In this document: in pieces, positions 9,026 through 17,582 of the stretch
Layout: every line of letters starts with the position of its first letter
How positions within the stretch are numbered: the stretch's first letter is position 1
Source of the DNA: a virus
IMG/VR virus record: IMGVR_UViG_3300010885_054390
Coordinates: 16,255 to 80,254 of that record
Reading direction: 5' to 3' (one strand)
Length of the DNA stretch: 64,000 bases
Program-made: the position numbers and the translations under genes
Notes under the pieces: model-generated
The model's input: only the letters and a program-made list of their open reading frames with translations
Database searches by the model: none
What the model was told of the DNA's origin: nothing

Positions 9026-9055
9026 TGTCACCGAAAGTTTAAACGGCTCAACCTA
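9026..9055 (+). promoter_or_regulatory. bipartite promoter-like motif, copy 2
   Basis: TGTCACC-N15-TCAACCTA; ATG follows after a 6-nt gap. Confidence 0.75.
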
Positions 9056-9061
9056 ATTACC

Positions 9062-9229
9062 ATGAACAACGAAACCGCAACCATCCTCGACGAACTCGAG
9101 CAACGAGTCTCTGATATGTATGTCAGCGACTTGTCTACTGGCGAGAACAAAGGTGCATCACCCTTGGACTACGTCCGCTGGGCAATCGAGGAGATCGAAG
9201 CAAACCACCAACCCATCCTGAAAGGATAA
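9062..9229 (+). CDS. small acidic early protein
   Basis: 55-aa ORF directly after motif copy 2. Confidence 0.55.
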   Translation: MNNETATILDELEQRVSDMYVSDLSTGENKGASPLDYVRWAIEEIEANHQPILKG

Positions 9230-9236
9230 AAAAACC

Positions 9237-9824
9237 ATGAACAAAACCCGCGAACAATGGCTACAGAAGGCAGTCGAAGCACTCGACTCGAAGCTCTTCA
9301 AGCCTAAAAACCTCTCGCTACCCAAACGCATCCGAGTATCCGTCGGATGGCCAGGGGGGCGTGCAGACAGGAGCAAAGCTGTCGGTCAACACTGGAAGCC
9401 AACTGCCTCCTCTGACAACCACCACGAAATCTTCATCTCTCCGAAGATCGCCTCGAACGGACTGGAAGTCCTGTCCACCTTGGCACATGAGCTTGTCCAT
9501 GCACAAGTCTTCGCCGAGTACCCCGACGAAGGCCACGGGAAGAACTTTCGCCGAGTGGCCAACGCCATCGGCCTCGAAGGCGACCCGAAGGTGTGTGGTG
9601 CAGGTGAAAAGCTCCGCAACGGCTTACTCAAGGACTTCATCCTTCTCGAAGGCGATTTCCCCTCGGGAAGCATCGACTTCTCACAGCGGAAGAAGGACAG
9701 CACTCGTCTCATCAAGGCAGAGTGTAAGGCTTGCGGATTCGTAATCCGTACGTCCCGCAAGTGGATTGAGGACATCGGCCTGCCCATCTGCAAGTGTGGC
9801 GGAGATTTCCACGAACCCAAATAA
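9237..9824 (+). CDS. SprT-like zinc metalloprotease
   Basis: TLAHELVH zincin motif, downstream GHGKNF, C-terminal CKAC...CKC zinc ribbon. Confidence 0.8.
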   Translation: MNKTREQWLQKAVEALDSKLFKPKNLSLPKRIRVSVGWPGGRADRSKAVGQHWKPTASSDNHHEIFISPKIASNGLEVLSTLAHELVHAQVFAEYPDEGHGKNFRRVANAIGLEGDPKVCGAGEKLRNGLLKDFILLEGDFPSGSIDFSQRKKDSTRLIKAECKACGFVIRTSRKWIEDIGLPICKCGGDFHEPK

Positions 9825-9837
9825 CCACCCTAAAGGG

Positions 9838-9867
9838 TGTCACCGAAAGTTTAAACGACTCAACCTA
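9838..9867 (+). promoter_or_regulatory. bipartite promoter-like motif, copy 3
   Basis: TGTCACC-N15-TCAACCTA, intergenic. Confidence 0.75.
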
Positions 9868-9896
9868 ATTGGCCAACCGAAAGGAAAACAACGACC

Positions 9897-10985
9897 ATGA
9901 ACCCATACAACCTCACACTCAACCAACTTCGCCAAGAATGTGCGAAGCGTGGCATCGGCTCCCCCAAATGGAGAGCCAACGCCATCGTCGACGAGCTCCG
10001 CTCTGCCCTGCAAACCGCAGATCGTGATACTGGCGACTACACACCCACCCCAACCCCACAGGAGGACACACCATTGAAGACCGAAACCCCCACACCTACA
10101 CCTAGCGGTGACGCATTGGCAAGCACACTGCTCCAAGCCCTGCTCCCTCACCTTCCACAGCAAGGCATCCAAGAGGCTCGAGTACGGCAAATCGTCGCCG
10201 AGATCATCGAAGCACGAAGCCCGAGGGAGGTTCGAGTTGAGCTCCCCTCTGGTGAGAAGGTTGACGTTGGAATTGTGCATCAATCGTTTAACCGCATCCT
10301 GCAAGCTGTCTCCGCAAACATCAGCGGTGGCATCCTGCTCGTCGGCGGTGCTGGTGCAGGGAAGACAACGACCTGCCACAAGGTGGCCGACGCCTTGAAG
10401 CTCCCCTTCCGCACCATCAGTGTGTGTAAGCAAACCACCCTCTCTCACCTCGTCGGCTTTATCAACGTAAGCGGGGAGTATGTAAGCACACCCTTCCGTG
10501 AAGCCTACGAAAAAGGTGGAGTATTCCTCCTCGACGAGTTCGACGCTGGCAATGAGAACGTGGTGCTGGCTCTCAATTCAGCCCTTGCCAACGGCATCTG
10601 CGAGTTCCCCGACAAGCAGATCGAGCGACACAAGGACTTCCGTTGCCTTGCATCGGCCAACACCTACGGCACTGGTGCAACCCTGCAATTCGTCGGTAGG
10701 AATAAGCTCGACGGAGCAACCCTCGACCGCTTCGTGGTCATCGAGCATGACTACGACTCGAAGCTCGAGATCGCCCTTTGCGGGAATGACAAGTGGGCAG
10801 AGCGTGTGGTGAGCATCCGCAAGTCCATCGACAAGCTGGGCATCCGCCACATCGTCAGCCCTCGGGCATCCATCAACGGAGCCAAGCTACTCGCCATCGG
10901 TTGGAAGCAGGCCGAGGTGGAGCAGGCGGTCATCTGGAAGGGCTTGGACAAGAGCGAGGTACAGCGAGTGCTGGCCACCCTCTAA
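9897..10985 (+). CDS. MoxR/CbbQ/CobS-like AAA+ ATPase
   Basis: Walker A GGAGAGKTT, Walker B LLDEFD, ASANT sensor, LDGATLDRF arginine finger. Confidence 0.9.
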   Translation: MNPYNLTLNQLRQECAKRGIGSPKWRANAIVDELRSALQTADRDTGDYTPTPTPQEDTPLKTETPTPTPSGDALASTLLQALLPHLPQQGIQEARVRQIVAEIIEARSPREVRVELPSGEKVDVGIVHQSFNRILQAVSANISGGILLVGGAGAGKTTTCHKVADALKLPFRTISVCKQTTLSHLVGFINVSGEYVSTPFREAYEKGGVFLLDEFDAGNENVVLALNSALANGICEFPDKQIERHKDFRCLASANTYGTGATLQFVGRNKLDGATLDRFVVIEHDYDSKLEIALCGNDKWAERVVSIRKSIDKLGIRHIVSPRASINGAKLLAIGWKQAEVEQAVIWKGLDKSEVQRVLATL

Positions 10986-10988
10986 AGA

Positions 10989-11018
10989 GGTCACCCATCC
11001 ACAACCTACGTCAACCTA
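10989..11018 (+). promoter_or_regulatory. bipartite promoter-like motif, copy 4
   Basis: GGTCACC-N15-TCAACCTA, intergenic. Confidence 0.7.
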
Positions 11019-11046
11019 ACTGCCAACCGAAAGGACAAACCTACCC

Positions 11047-11940
11047 ATGACAACCAAACGTTCCAACGCCTCGGACTCCTCCAAGGCAACACAAGTATTC
11101 CCGCTAACCTTCGAGAAGTTCCTCGAGATTGCGGGAGACCCCGACCCCGACCACAACAGCCGTTACAAGTCTGCGAACCAACAGCCCACGTCCAAGACAT
11201 GGGCAGACGGAGTCGACTACTTCGAGAGCGTAAGGCGTCTCAAGATCGGCTGGCCAGAGGGCGTGAAGAAAGCCCGTGAGTTAAGCTCGAAGCTCTATTC
11301 ACGTTTAAACGCCGAGTACAGCTTCCAACGTGACATCAAGTTCGACACGACTGGTGACTGGTTCGACATCGGACGAGTGCTTGAAGGTGAGCCCGATTGC
11401 TGGGGTTCCGAGATCGAGCTTGACGACGAGTTCTCCAATGACAAGCGTGGGAAGATCGTTCGAGTGGCAGTGAATGTCGGGGCGTCCTGCTCCTATAGCT
11501 CGGAGCAAATCCTCCAACGGGGAGTGTATGCCCTCGCCATCGTCGACCTACTCGAACGACTGGGCAAGAGCGTCGAGCTCACGGCCTCATGCAAGGTGGA
11601 GAAGAACGGCAAAATCTGGGGCTGGGAATTGCCCTTGAAGCAAGCGGGAGAAGAGCTCTCCCTTGACCGAGTGGCACACATCCTCGGTAGCCCTGCTGGC
11701 TTTCGCCGAAGCTGGTTCCGAGTCATCGAGCACACTGACTACCCCGATTGCGGAAGCGGTCTCGGATGCCCTACAGACTGGACGGAGAGCGAGCTCAAGC
11801 AACGTCAGGTGGACATCTACATCGGAGCGTTGTTCTCGGGGAACACCCCTTGGCAGGGCAAGACGGACACGAAGTTCATCATCGAGCAACTGGCCAAGGC
11901 GGGCATCAAGTTAGAGCGTGAGGAGGATGCGAAGGCATAA
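11047..11940 (+). CDS. vWA-like partner of the MoxR-type ATPase (degenerate MIDAS)
   Basis: G.WFDIGRVLEGEPDCW, VRVAVNVGASCS, ALAIVDLLERLG.SVEL; position directly after the AAA+ gene. Confidence 0.65.
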   Translation: MTTKRSNASDSSKATQVFPLTFEKFLEIAGDPDPDHNSRYKSANQQPTSKTWADGVDYFESVRRLKIGWPEGVKKARELSSKLYSRLNAEYSFQRDIKFDTTGDWFDIGRVLEGEPDCWGSEIELDDEFSNDKRGKIVRVAVNVGASCSYSSEQILQRGVYALAIVDLLERLGKSVELTASCKVEKNGKIWGWELPLKQAGEELSLDRVAHILGSPAGFRRSWFRVIEHTDYPDCGSGLGCPTDWTESELKQRQVDIYIGALFSGNTPWQGKTDTKFIIEQLAKAGIKLEREEDAKA

Positions 11941-11994
11941 CGGATTTGGGCAGTGGGTACTGGTGCTCGTGAGGTTCGAATCCTCACGGCATCG
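11926..11994 (+). ncRNA. degenerate tRNA-like element
   Basis: Perfect T arm GTGAGG-TTCGAAT-CCTCAC and partial acceptor GATGC/GCATC; no canonical D or anticodon arm. Confidence 0.35.
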
Positions 11995-12028
11995 GTTAAA
12001 CGAAACACGAAACATAGGAGCACGAACA

Positions 12029-12298
12029 ATGAAAAGTTTTGCATCATTCGAAAAACAATACAAGCCGACCAAGCGTACGCCGACAGCGGACGACCCTAGC
12101 GACGACATCCTCTTCGAAACCTACGGAGAGGACGAACAGCTAGTGCGGAGGACGAACCCGAAGCACGTTTGGACACTGCTCGACGGCGAGCACGAAACAA
12201 TCATCTGTGCTGGTATGCACTTCTGCAACCGCATCAACTACCTCATAACGGAGACCGCATGGGACGATAAAAACCTATGCTTCCGCTATGTCGACTAA
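12029..12298 (+). CDS. conserved phage hypothetical protein
   Basis: AGGAG RBS; FETYGED...VWTLLDG....AGMHF.NRINYLITE pattern. Confidence 0.7.
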   Translation: MKSFASFEKQYKPTKRTPTADDPSDDILFETYGEDEQLVRRTNPKHVWTLLDGEHETIICAGMHFCNRINYLITETAWDDKNLCFRYVD

Positions 12299-12311
12299 AG
12301 GAGAACGAACA

Positions 12312-12521
12312 ATGGACAAATCAATCTACTCACTTGCGGACATTCAAAACATCTGCGACACCCACGAGTGGTCAGCACTCGTAAACATAGGCGGGGGACA
12401 AATAGAGGTGAGCGTTTACGACGATAGCGATGGCTTCGGCGTATTCACCCCCACTGAAATCGATGCGGAGACGTACACCTTTAGGTTGTATGACTGCCCA
12501 TCAAAAGGAGAAAACAAATGA
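12312..12521 (+). CDS. small acidic hypothetical protein
   Basis: AAGGAG RBS. Confidence 0.6.
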   Translation: MDKSIYSLADIQNICDTHEWSALVNIGGGQIEVSVYDDSDGFGVFTPTEIDAETYTFRLYDCPSKGENK

Positions 12522-12676
12522 CACGAGGCGACACACTGCGAAAGATTAGAAAGTTGACGTCATTCAAATCCGACATCGGGTTTGCAAACCTTGGACACGG
12601 AGAGGCAATCAGCCTCATCGAATGCGTCAACAAACTGGCTACACAAGCCCTACAGAAAGGAAAAAAGAAAAAATGA
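12518..12676 (+). CDS. hypothetical protein
   Basis: AAGGAG RBS; ATGA overlaps at both ends. Confidence 0.55.
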   Translation: MTRGDTLRKIRKLTSFKSDIGFANLGHGEAISLIECVNKLATQALQKGKKKK

Positions 12677-13067
12677 AACGAACCATTGAGATCGAAGACA
12701 CCCTCGAGGAGCGGGTGGCGAATGCCATCGAAAGCGTACAAGACGAACTCAAGTCCTACGTCGAACAGAATCCCGAGACTGAAGAGCTCCCATGTTTAAA
12801 CAACGACTTGGACTACAGCGGTGCCATCCATGAGATCGTCGACGGAGCGGTGCCCATCTACACCTACGAGATCGAAACCACATGGTTCCTCCATGCAAGA
12901 GAGCTCGAGAGTGCCTACGAGAATGCGGGGCTCGGAGACAACCCCCGAGAGAACAACGGCATGAGTGCCATCTACTGCTACATCATGGAGCAAGTGCAGG
13001 AATGGTACCACAAACACGGCGAGGAATACTTCGAAAAGCTCCCGAAAGGAAAAAAGAAAAAATGAAA
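12655..13067 (+). repeat. 24-bp direct repeat flanking the ocr-like gene
   Basis: GAAAGGAAAAAAGAAAAAATGAAA at 12655-12678 and 13044-13067. Confidence 0.8.
12673..13065 (+). CDS. ocr: Ocr-like (T7 gp0.3) anti-restriction DNA mimic
   Basis: AIHEIVDGAVPIYTYEI versus T7 Ocr AIHMAADNAVPHYYADI; YENAGL versus FEDSGL; IMEQV versus IYEQL; very acidic. Confidence 0.8.
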   Translation: MKRTIEIEDTLEERVANAIESVQDELKSYVEQNPETEELPCLNNDLDYSGAIHEIVDGAVPIYTYEIETTWFLHARELESAYENAGLGDNPRENNGMSAIYCYIMEQVQEWYHKHGEEYFEKLPKGKKKK

Positions 13068-13220
13068 GACGCAACCCAAATCATCGAGGAGATCGAGGCA
13101 CGACTCCTTGAGTACACAAACCTCGGCATCGATCATGCGAACGACCAGAACGCAGTGAACGAGCTCGAGAGTGCCGTAAACGAACTCCAACACCTACTCG
13201 AATGGATAAAACAAAAATGA
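13062..13220 (+). CDS. hypothetical protein
   Basis: ATGA overlap; acidic, helical. Confidence 0.55.
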   Translation: MKDATQIIEEIEARLLEYTNLGIDHANDQNAVNELESAVNELQHLLEWIKQK

Positions 13221-13435
13221 ATACTATCACGAAATCTGTTCAAGCGTACATCGACCACCGCATCGGAGAAATTAACCGAGAGGTGGCCACGAAGCACGAA
13301 GAAGCGAAGCGTTCACAAGGTGAGCAACTCGGCTACATCCTCGGATGGATAGGCGATTGCCAAGCGAGACGCAGTGAATTGCACGCCGTACAGAGCTTCC
13401 TCCGAAAACTAAACCCTAACCAAGAAAGCGTTTAA
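13217..13435 (+). CDS. hypothetical protein
   Basis: ATGA overlap. Confidence 0.55.
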   Translation: MNTITKSVQAYIDHRIGEINREVATKHEEAKRSQGEQLGYILGWIGDCQARRSELHAVQSFLRKLNPNQESV

Positions 13436-13440
13436 CCACT

Positions 13441-13779
13441 ATGGCTAATGCTAAAACATACAAACTGATGGACGGAGAGAAACGGAATCAGGCGAACCCT
13501 GACACCTTCTCCATCCCCGAACTCAACGAACGAAACAACCTAGCCCTCGACGAGTGCTATGCGAAGCTCGGCTTCGTCATGCCACGGCGAAAAAATAGGG
13601 TATCCGCAGAAAGAATGTGGGTACGAGTGAAGACGAAAGATGCGAAGGGCACCTACACTGGTGAGCTTGCCAACGAGCCAGCCTTCGTACCAAATCTATT
13701 TTTCGGAACGCCCGTCCGCTTCAAGGCGAAGCACGTACTCGACATTCAGATGGTGAAAGAGGAGGACAGCGATGAATAA
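13441..13779 (+). CDS. DUF2314-like protein
   Basis: PDTFSIP...ERMWVRV....G.YTGELANEP motif. Confidence 0.6.
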   Translation: MANAKTYKLMDGEKRNQANPDTFSIPELNERNNLALDECYAKLGFVMPRRKNRVSAERMWVRVKTKDAKGTYTGELANEPAFVPNLFFGTPVRFKAKHVLDIQMVKEEDSDE

Positions 13780-13957
13780 GACCTACACTGACGAACAAGT
13801 AAACGCGATCTGCGAGGAGTGGGGATGGAGTGCCTGCGAATGCTCGAACGAATACGAGAACAGCATTCAAGTATGCACCCATCGTCACGACGACTACTTC
13901 GGCAGATTCAATAAAATCACTGACGGAACCTACAACTTCGAACTAAAGGACGTTTAA
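13772..13957 (+). CDS. hypothetical protein
   Basis: GAGGA RBS; resembles the 12312 ORF in pattern. Confidence 0.55.
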   Translation: MNKTYTDEQVNAICEEWGWSACECSNEYENSIQVCTHRHDDYFGRFNKITDGTYNFELKDV

Positions 13958-13959
13958 CC

Positions 13960-14145
13960 ATGAACAAACCAGTCAACAGATACCTCATCGACTTGGTAAA
14001 GTTTACCGAGCGACTTCGGGAACTGCGGGACAGCGATGCGAACCCTTGTAACGAGGAGAACGCAGAGGGCTTGTGCCCCTGCCACACCTTCGACCAAGCC
14101 ATCGATCAACTCGAGAACGTGCAAAGCATTCTCAAAACTCTGTAA
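13960..14145 (+). CDS. hypothetical protein
   Basis: AAGGA RBS. Confidence 0.55.
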   Translation: MNKPVNRYLIDLVKFTERLRELRDSDANPCNEENAEGLCPCHTFDQAIDQLENVQSILKTL

Positions 14146-14157
14146 AAAAAATCACCT

Positions 14158-14391
14158 ATGATGATATACACACAGGGAAACGCAAAGACTTCGGACGGAA
14201 CACCAGCCTCCGTGCTTACTCGCCCCAAGCCACACGGCTTCGGCATACCACCCGAGCATTTGGCCAAGGCCGACCGCTATGTGGTGCTGGTAACAGACAT
14301 CCGCGACCGCGAACCTCCGCATTCACTATGTGAGCTGTACGAGGCCGAAGCGTTTAAACCTTATTACTCGGAACGCATCGATCAACACTAA
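14158..14391 (+). CDS. hypothetical protein
   Basis: 77-aa ORF in the early operon. Confidence 0.5.
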   Translation: MMIYTQGNAKTSDGTPASVLTRPKPHGFGIPPEHLAKADRYVVLVTDIRDREPPHSLCELYEAEAFKPYYSERIDQH

Positions 14392-14440
14392 CAACTTTTC
14401 GTGGGACAAGACGTTGCAAATCAACGCAAAACCCCCCGAA

Positions 14441-14470
14441 TGTCACCGAAACTAAACACACCTCAACCTA
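14441..14470 (+). promoter_or_regulatory. bipartite promoter-like motif, copy 5
   Basis: TGTCACC-N15-TCAACCTA, then AAGGA and ATG at 14481. Confidence 0.75.
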
Positions 14471-14480
14471 AAGGACAACC

Positions 14481-14987
14481 ATGAGCAACAACGAAAAACC
14501 AAACAACGACGAAACAAACGAAGCACAGAGACAAGCACGCCTCGAGGAGATCGGGAAGTGCATCACCGACTTCGTGAACGATGACCGCACTCCCGCCATA
14601 CTCAAGTGGGGCTTACAGATTCTCTTCATCGCTACGTCCGATGACGACACGAAGAGCGGAGTAGTAGGCGGTTTGCTGGCCTGCGGGCACAGAGCCTTCG
14701 ACAACGCAATCTCCAAATCGCGAGAGGAGGGCAACGAAGCCTTGGCCAAGAAGCTCGAGAAAGATAAGAACGACATGATTAAGCTCGCCCTTCAAGTCGA
14801 CTTCCGTGGTGCGGTAACCTCCGTACTGCGAACGAAGCTGGGCGAGATTGCAGACGATGGCGAGGAGGCCGAGGAGGCACCCTCCCCGAAGGTGATAGTA
14901 GTCGAGCAAAAGAAACCAGTATCGGAGGACAACGTACTGCTACCCAAGCAGAAGAAGGAACCAAATCCCTTTGCAGGGAGGAACTAA
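14481..14987 (+). CDS. hypothetical protein
   Basis: 168-aa ORF with RBS. Confidence 0.7.
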   Translation: MSNNEKPNNDETNEAQRQARLEEIGKCITDFVNDDRTPAILKWGLQILFIATSDDDTKSGVVGGLLACGHRAFDNAISKSREEGNEALAKKLEKDKNDMIKLALQVDFRGAVTSVLRTKLGEIADDGEEAEEAPSPKVIVVEQKKPVSEDNVLLPKQKKEPNPFAGRN

Positions 14988-14988
14988 C

Positions 14989-15204
14989 ATGAGATTACAG
15001 ACAAAAGAACAAATCCAAGACTGGCTCAAGAGCTACAAGAAGAACGATTCATTTGCGATTCTCTTTTGGACAAAGGACGAGATAGAAGAAAACCTTGGAC
15101 GTAAGATCAAGGAGACGGAGTGGAAAAGAGCGGTCAATGCCGTTGACTCCGACAGCGAAGAGCAGGTGCTCGGGGAAAACATCGAAGAGCACTTGAGCGT
15201 CTAA
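14989..15204 (+). CDS. hypothetical protein
   Basis: GGAGG RBS. Confidence 0.6.
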   Translation: MRLQTKEQIQDWLKSYKKNDSFAILFWTKDEIEENLGRKIKETEWKRAVNAVDSDSEEQVLGENIEEHLSV

Positions 15205-15316
15205 CGAGATGACGAGTGGGCAGACATCATTTGCGATGGCTGAAAAGGTTGGTTGCGATGTAACCTCCGCAATCAATCGTTCCCTACTTGTCGTTTAACC
15301 GAGAGGAAACACTAAC

Positions 15317-15493
15317 ATGAAGTACATTGTATTTGCCGAGAACACGACCTACTACTCGATGGAGGTAGAGGCCAATAGTGCGGATGAAGCAAACAAGATT
15401 GCCGAGCAGAGCGACGGAGCCGACTGGACGGAAGACTCCACAGGCAAATGGATTGTAAGCGACGAGCTCACTTGTAGGAAACCAAACAACTAG
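15317..15493 (+). CDS. small acidic protein (DpnD/PcfM-like VEA.S.DEA motif)
   Basis: GAGGA RBS; MKY.V....Y.MEVEANSADEA. Confidence 0.5.
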   Translation: MKYIVFAENTTYYSMEVEANSADEANKIAEQSDGADWTEDSTGKWIVSDELTCRKPNN

Positions 15494-15506
15494 GAAAATA
15501 AAAACT

Positions 15507-15716
15507 ATGCAAATTATACGCAAATCACCAGTCAGTCTCAAAATCCAATCGATGCACCTCGACATCAGCGAGCTTCAATGGACTCGGTACCTGCGAGGAG
15601 ATGGTTTGATTCAAGATATATTTCCAAACTTAACCGCCGATGAGCGGGAGTTTATTAAATCAGGCATAACCAACGAGGAGTGGAAAATCCTCTTTGAACC
15701 AACGGAGGAAAGTTAA
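15507..15716 (+). CDS. conserved phage hypothetical protein
   Basis: LIQDIFPNLTADEREFIKSGIT.EEW motif. Confidence 0.65.
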   Translation: MQIIRKSPVSLKIQSMHLDISELQWTRYLRGDGLIQDIFPNLTADEREFIKSGITNEEWKILFEPTEES

Positions 15717-15717
15717 A

Positions 15718-15918
15718 ATGATATTCGAACGTGGAGAATATAAAGGCAACCCAACACTAATCATCAAGCGAGACGAGCGGGACAGATTTCCCTTTAGTCT
15801 CGGACTACGGAAGGCGGAGATGCTCCTCCAAACAGAGGTGCAAAACCAACTCGAGAAGTTTGTGCTTGAACACAAGGTTGACGATGGGCTTGAGAACAAT
15901 GATGGCGAACACGCATGA
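15718..15918 (+). CDS. conserved hypothetical protein
   Basis: EYKGNPTL.....DRFPFSLGLRKA motif; GGAGG RBS. Confidence 0.6.
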   Translation: MIFERGEYKGNPTLIIKRDERDRFPFSLGLRKAEMLLQTEVQNQLEKFVLEHKVDDGLENNDGEHA

Positions 15919-16136
15919 GTAGCCTCATAAACAAGCGGATGTTCAAGACGTACTTGCTTTCGCTATCGAAGGTAAATGCGGACAAACGCAACGAGGCTCG
16001 AAGGGAGATGGGGATACTTGCCAACCTAAAGCCCCACTCCCGAGTCTCAAAGGAAACCTACGACAACGCAACCGCCCATCTAATCAACTGGATGAAGGCA
16101 CACATCATCGAAAAGAAAAAAGGAAAAACATTATGA
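15915..16136 (+). CDS. hypothetical protein
   Basis: ATGA overlaps. Confidence 0.55.
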   Translation: MSSLINKRMFKTYLLSLSKVNADKRNEARREMGILANLKPHSRVSKETYDNATAHLINWMKAHIIEKKKGKTL

Positions 16137-16699
16137 ATAAAACACCTACAACCGAATCACGAAAGCACAAGGGCATATCACCCGACCAAAAGAAAGCCAT
16201 CGAAACCTACGAAAAACTTTGTTCGGAGAAAGACAAGGGCGAACTCTCCTTCGAAACCTCCAACAAAGCAAGAGAGTTTCTATACAAGTACAACCAAGAA
16301 TGCTTGTTTAAACACTTCCGCAAGATCAAGGCCAAGCAGGCCGAGATAACCTTCGATGGCTCGGGAGACAGCGGGCAGATCGAAAGCTCCTCCATCGATG
16401 GGAAGCACTTCATCAAGAACTCCAAGAAAAGCGGGATTGTAGAGGGCTTTATTAGCCACACTTGCACCACCTTTCTTGAAGAAGGTGGACTGCAACACGG
16501 ATGGAATACAAAGGTATGCCTTTACGAAGCCATCGAAGACTACTGCTACAACATCCTTGAGAGCGAACACGGAGGCTGGGAGATCAACGCAGGTTCCTTT
16601 GGAGAGTTTGTTCTCGACGCCCGAGGAGATGAACTTGTAACAAAGCTCACCATGAACGAACGCTACGAAGACGTAACAACTTCGGAGGAGACCTACTAA
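16133..16699 (+). CDS. DUF6878-like protein
   Basis: ITFDGSGDSGQIE and GGWEINAGSFGEF motifs. Confidence 0.75.
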   Translation: MNKTPTTESRKHKGISPDQKKAIETYEKLCSEKDKGELSFETSNKAREFLYKYNQECLFKHFRKIKAKQAEITFDGSGDSGQIESSSIDGKHFIKNSKKSGIVEGFISHTCTTFLEEGGLQHGWNTKVCLYEAIEDYCYNILESEHGGWEINAGSFGEFVLDARGDELVTKLTMNERYEDVTTSEETY

Positions 16700-17124
16700 T
16701 GGCCAATCCCTACCACCACGCAGTAAGCTCCGCAAAGAAGTGGGGCGGGAAGCCCGAGGACTACCAGAAAATCCACGACTGGTTTGACGAATCAAAGATG
16801 ATGATGGCGGACTTCCGACATCGTGCCTTGCGTCACCACGCCGAGGGATGCTTCATGGCGGAACGAATCTTCGGGAACACCATCACCAACAGCGATGGAC
16901 GGAAGGTTCCGACTCGGTGGGTAGCCGAGCAACACGTCAAGGAAGACCTTGGGCGTATCCCTTCTATGCAAGACTGGTTTGTGCACATATCAGCCAAGCC
17001 TTGGATGGGGGCTACGCAGAAGCTGGACGCCGAAAAGATTGGCTCGGGCGTTCCGCATAGCTTAATCGGGCATACCTTTGTATGCCTACCACCAACAAAA
17101 AAAGGAAGAGGGAAAAGAAAATGA
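16699..17124 (+). CDS. DUF6915-like protein
   Basis: MANPYHHAVSSAKKWGG.PEDY..IHDWFDESK...RHRALRHH; usual neighbour of DUF6878. Confidence 0.8.
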   Translation: MANPYHHAVSSAKKWGGKPEDYQKIHDWFDESKMMMADFRHRALRHHAEGCFMAERIFGNTITNSDGRKVPTRWVAEQHVKEDLGRIPSMQDWFVHISAKPWMGATQKLDAEKIGSGVPHSLIGHTFVCLPPTKKGRGKRK

Positions 17125-17579
17125 ACATCAAAACATTCTTAAATAAACATCTATCGAAGAGACTCAAGGCCGAGTGCAACCGCTTGGGCGAACGTTACCG
17201 CAAGCTGGAAGCCAAGGACGAAGAAACGGGCTCTGACTCTTTCCACGGCTCCGATGAGCCAAGCGAAATCAGAGATCGGATTATCAATATGATGGCTCCT
17301 TCGGTTAAACGCTACGCCAAAAACCTGTTCAACAATCCAGTCGACAAGGACGAAGATAGCTTTGAGTTCTTTGACTCCTTGGGCAATGACCAGCTAGAAG
17401 TCTTCTGCATCAGGCGTGGCAAAAAAGGATGGGTGGCAAGCGTTTCAACTAACTACTGGGACGCCCCCGCAGATACCTGCGACGACTCCACCTGCGTGCC
17501 TACACCAGCGGAAGCCTTCGAGTGGGGCTTTGGCGACGCAATGGCTTACCACTTCATCAACGAGAAAGTAGGAAGATAA
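17121..17579 (+). CDS. hypothetical protein
   Basis: ATGA overlap. Confidence 0.6.
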   Translation: MNIKTFLNKHLSKRLKAECNRLGERYRKLEAKDEETGSDSFHGSDEPSEIRDRIINMMAPSVKRYAKNLFNNPVDKDEDSFEFFDSLGNDQLEVFCIRRGKKGWVASVSTNYWDAPADTCDDSTCVPTPAEAFEWGFGDAMAYHFINEKVGR

Positions 17580-17582
17580 TAT

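Noticed and set aside
9840-10448. 202-aa minus-strand ORF and other antisense ORFs in the track
   Set aside because: Shadow frames of well-supported genes, with no motifs or RBS
16832-16860. GTCACC inside the DUF6915-like gene as another motif copy
   Set aside because: The downstream box reads TCATGGCG and the site is intragenic
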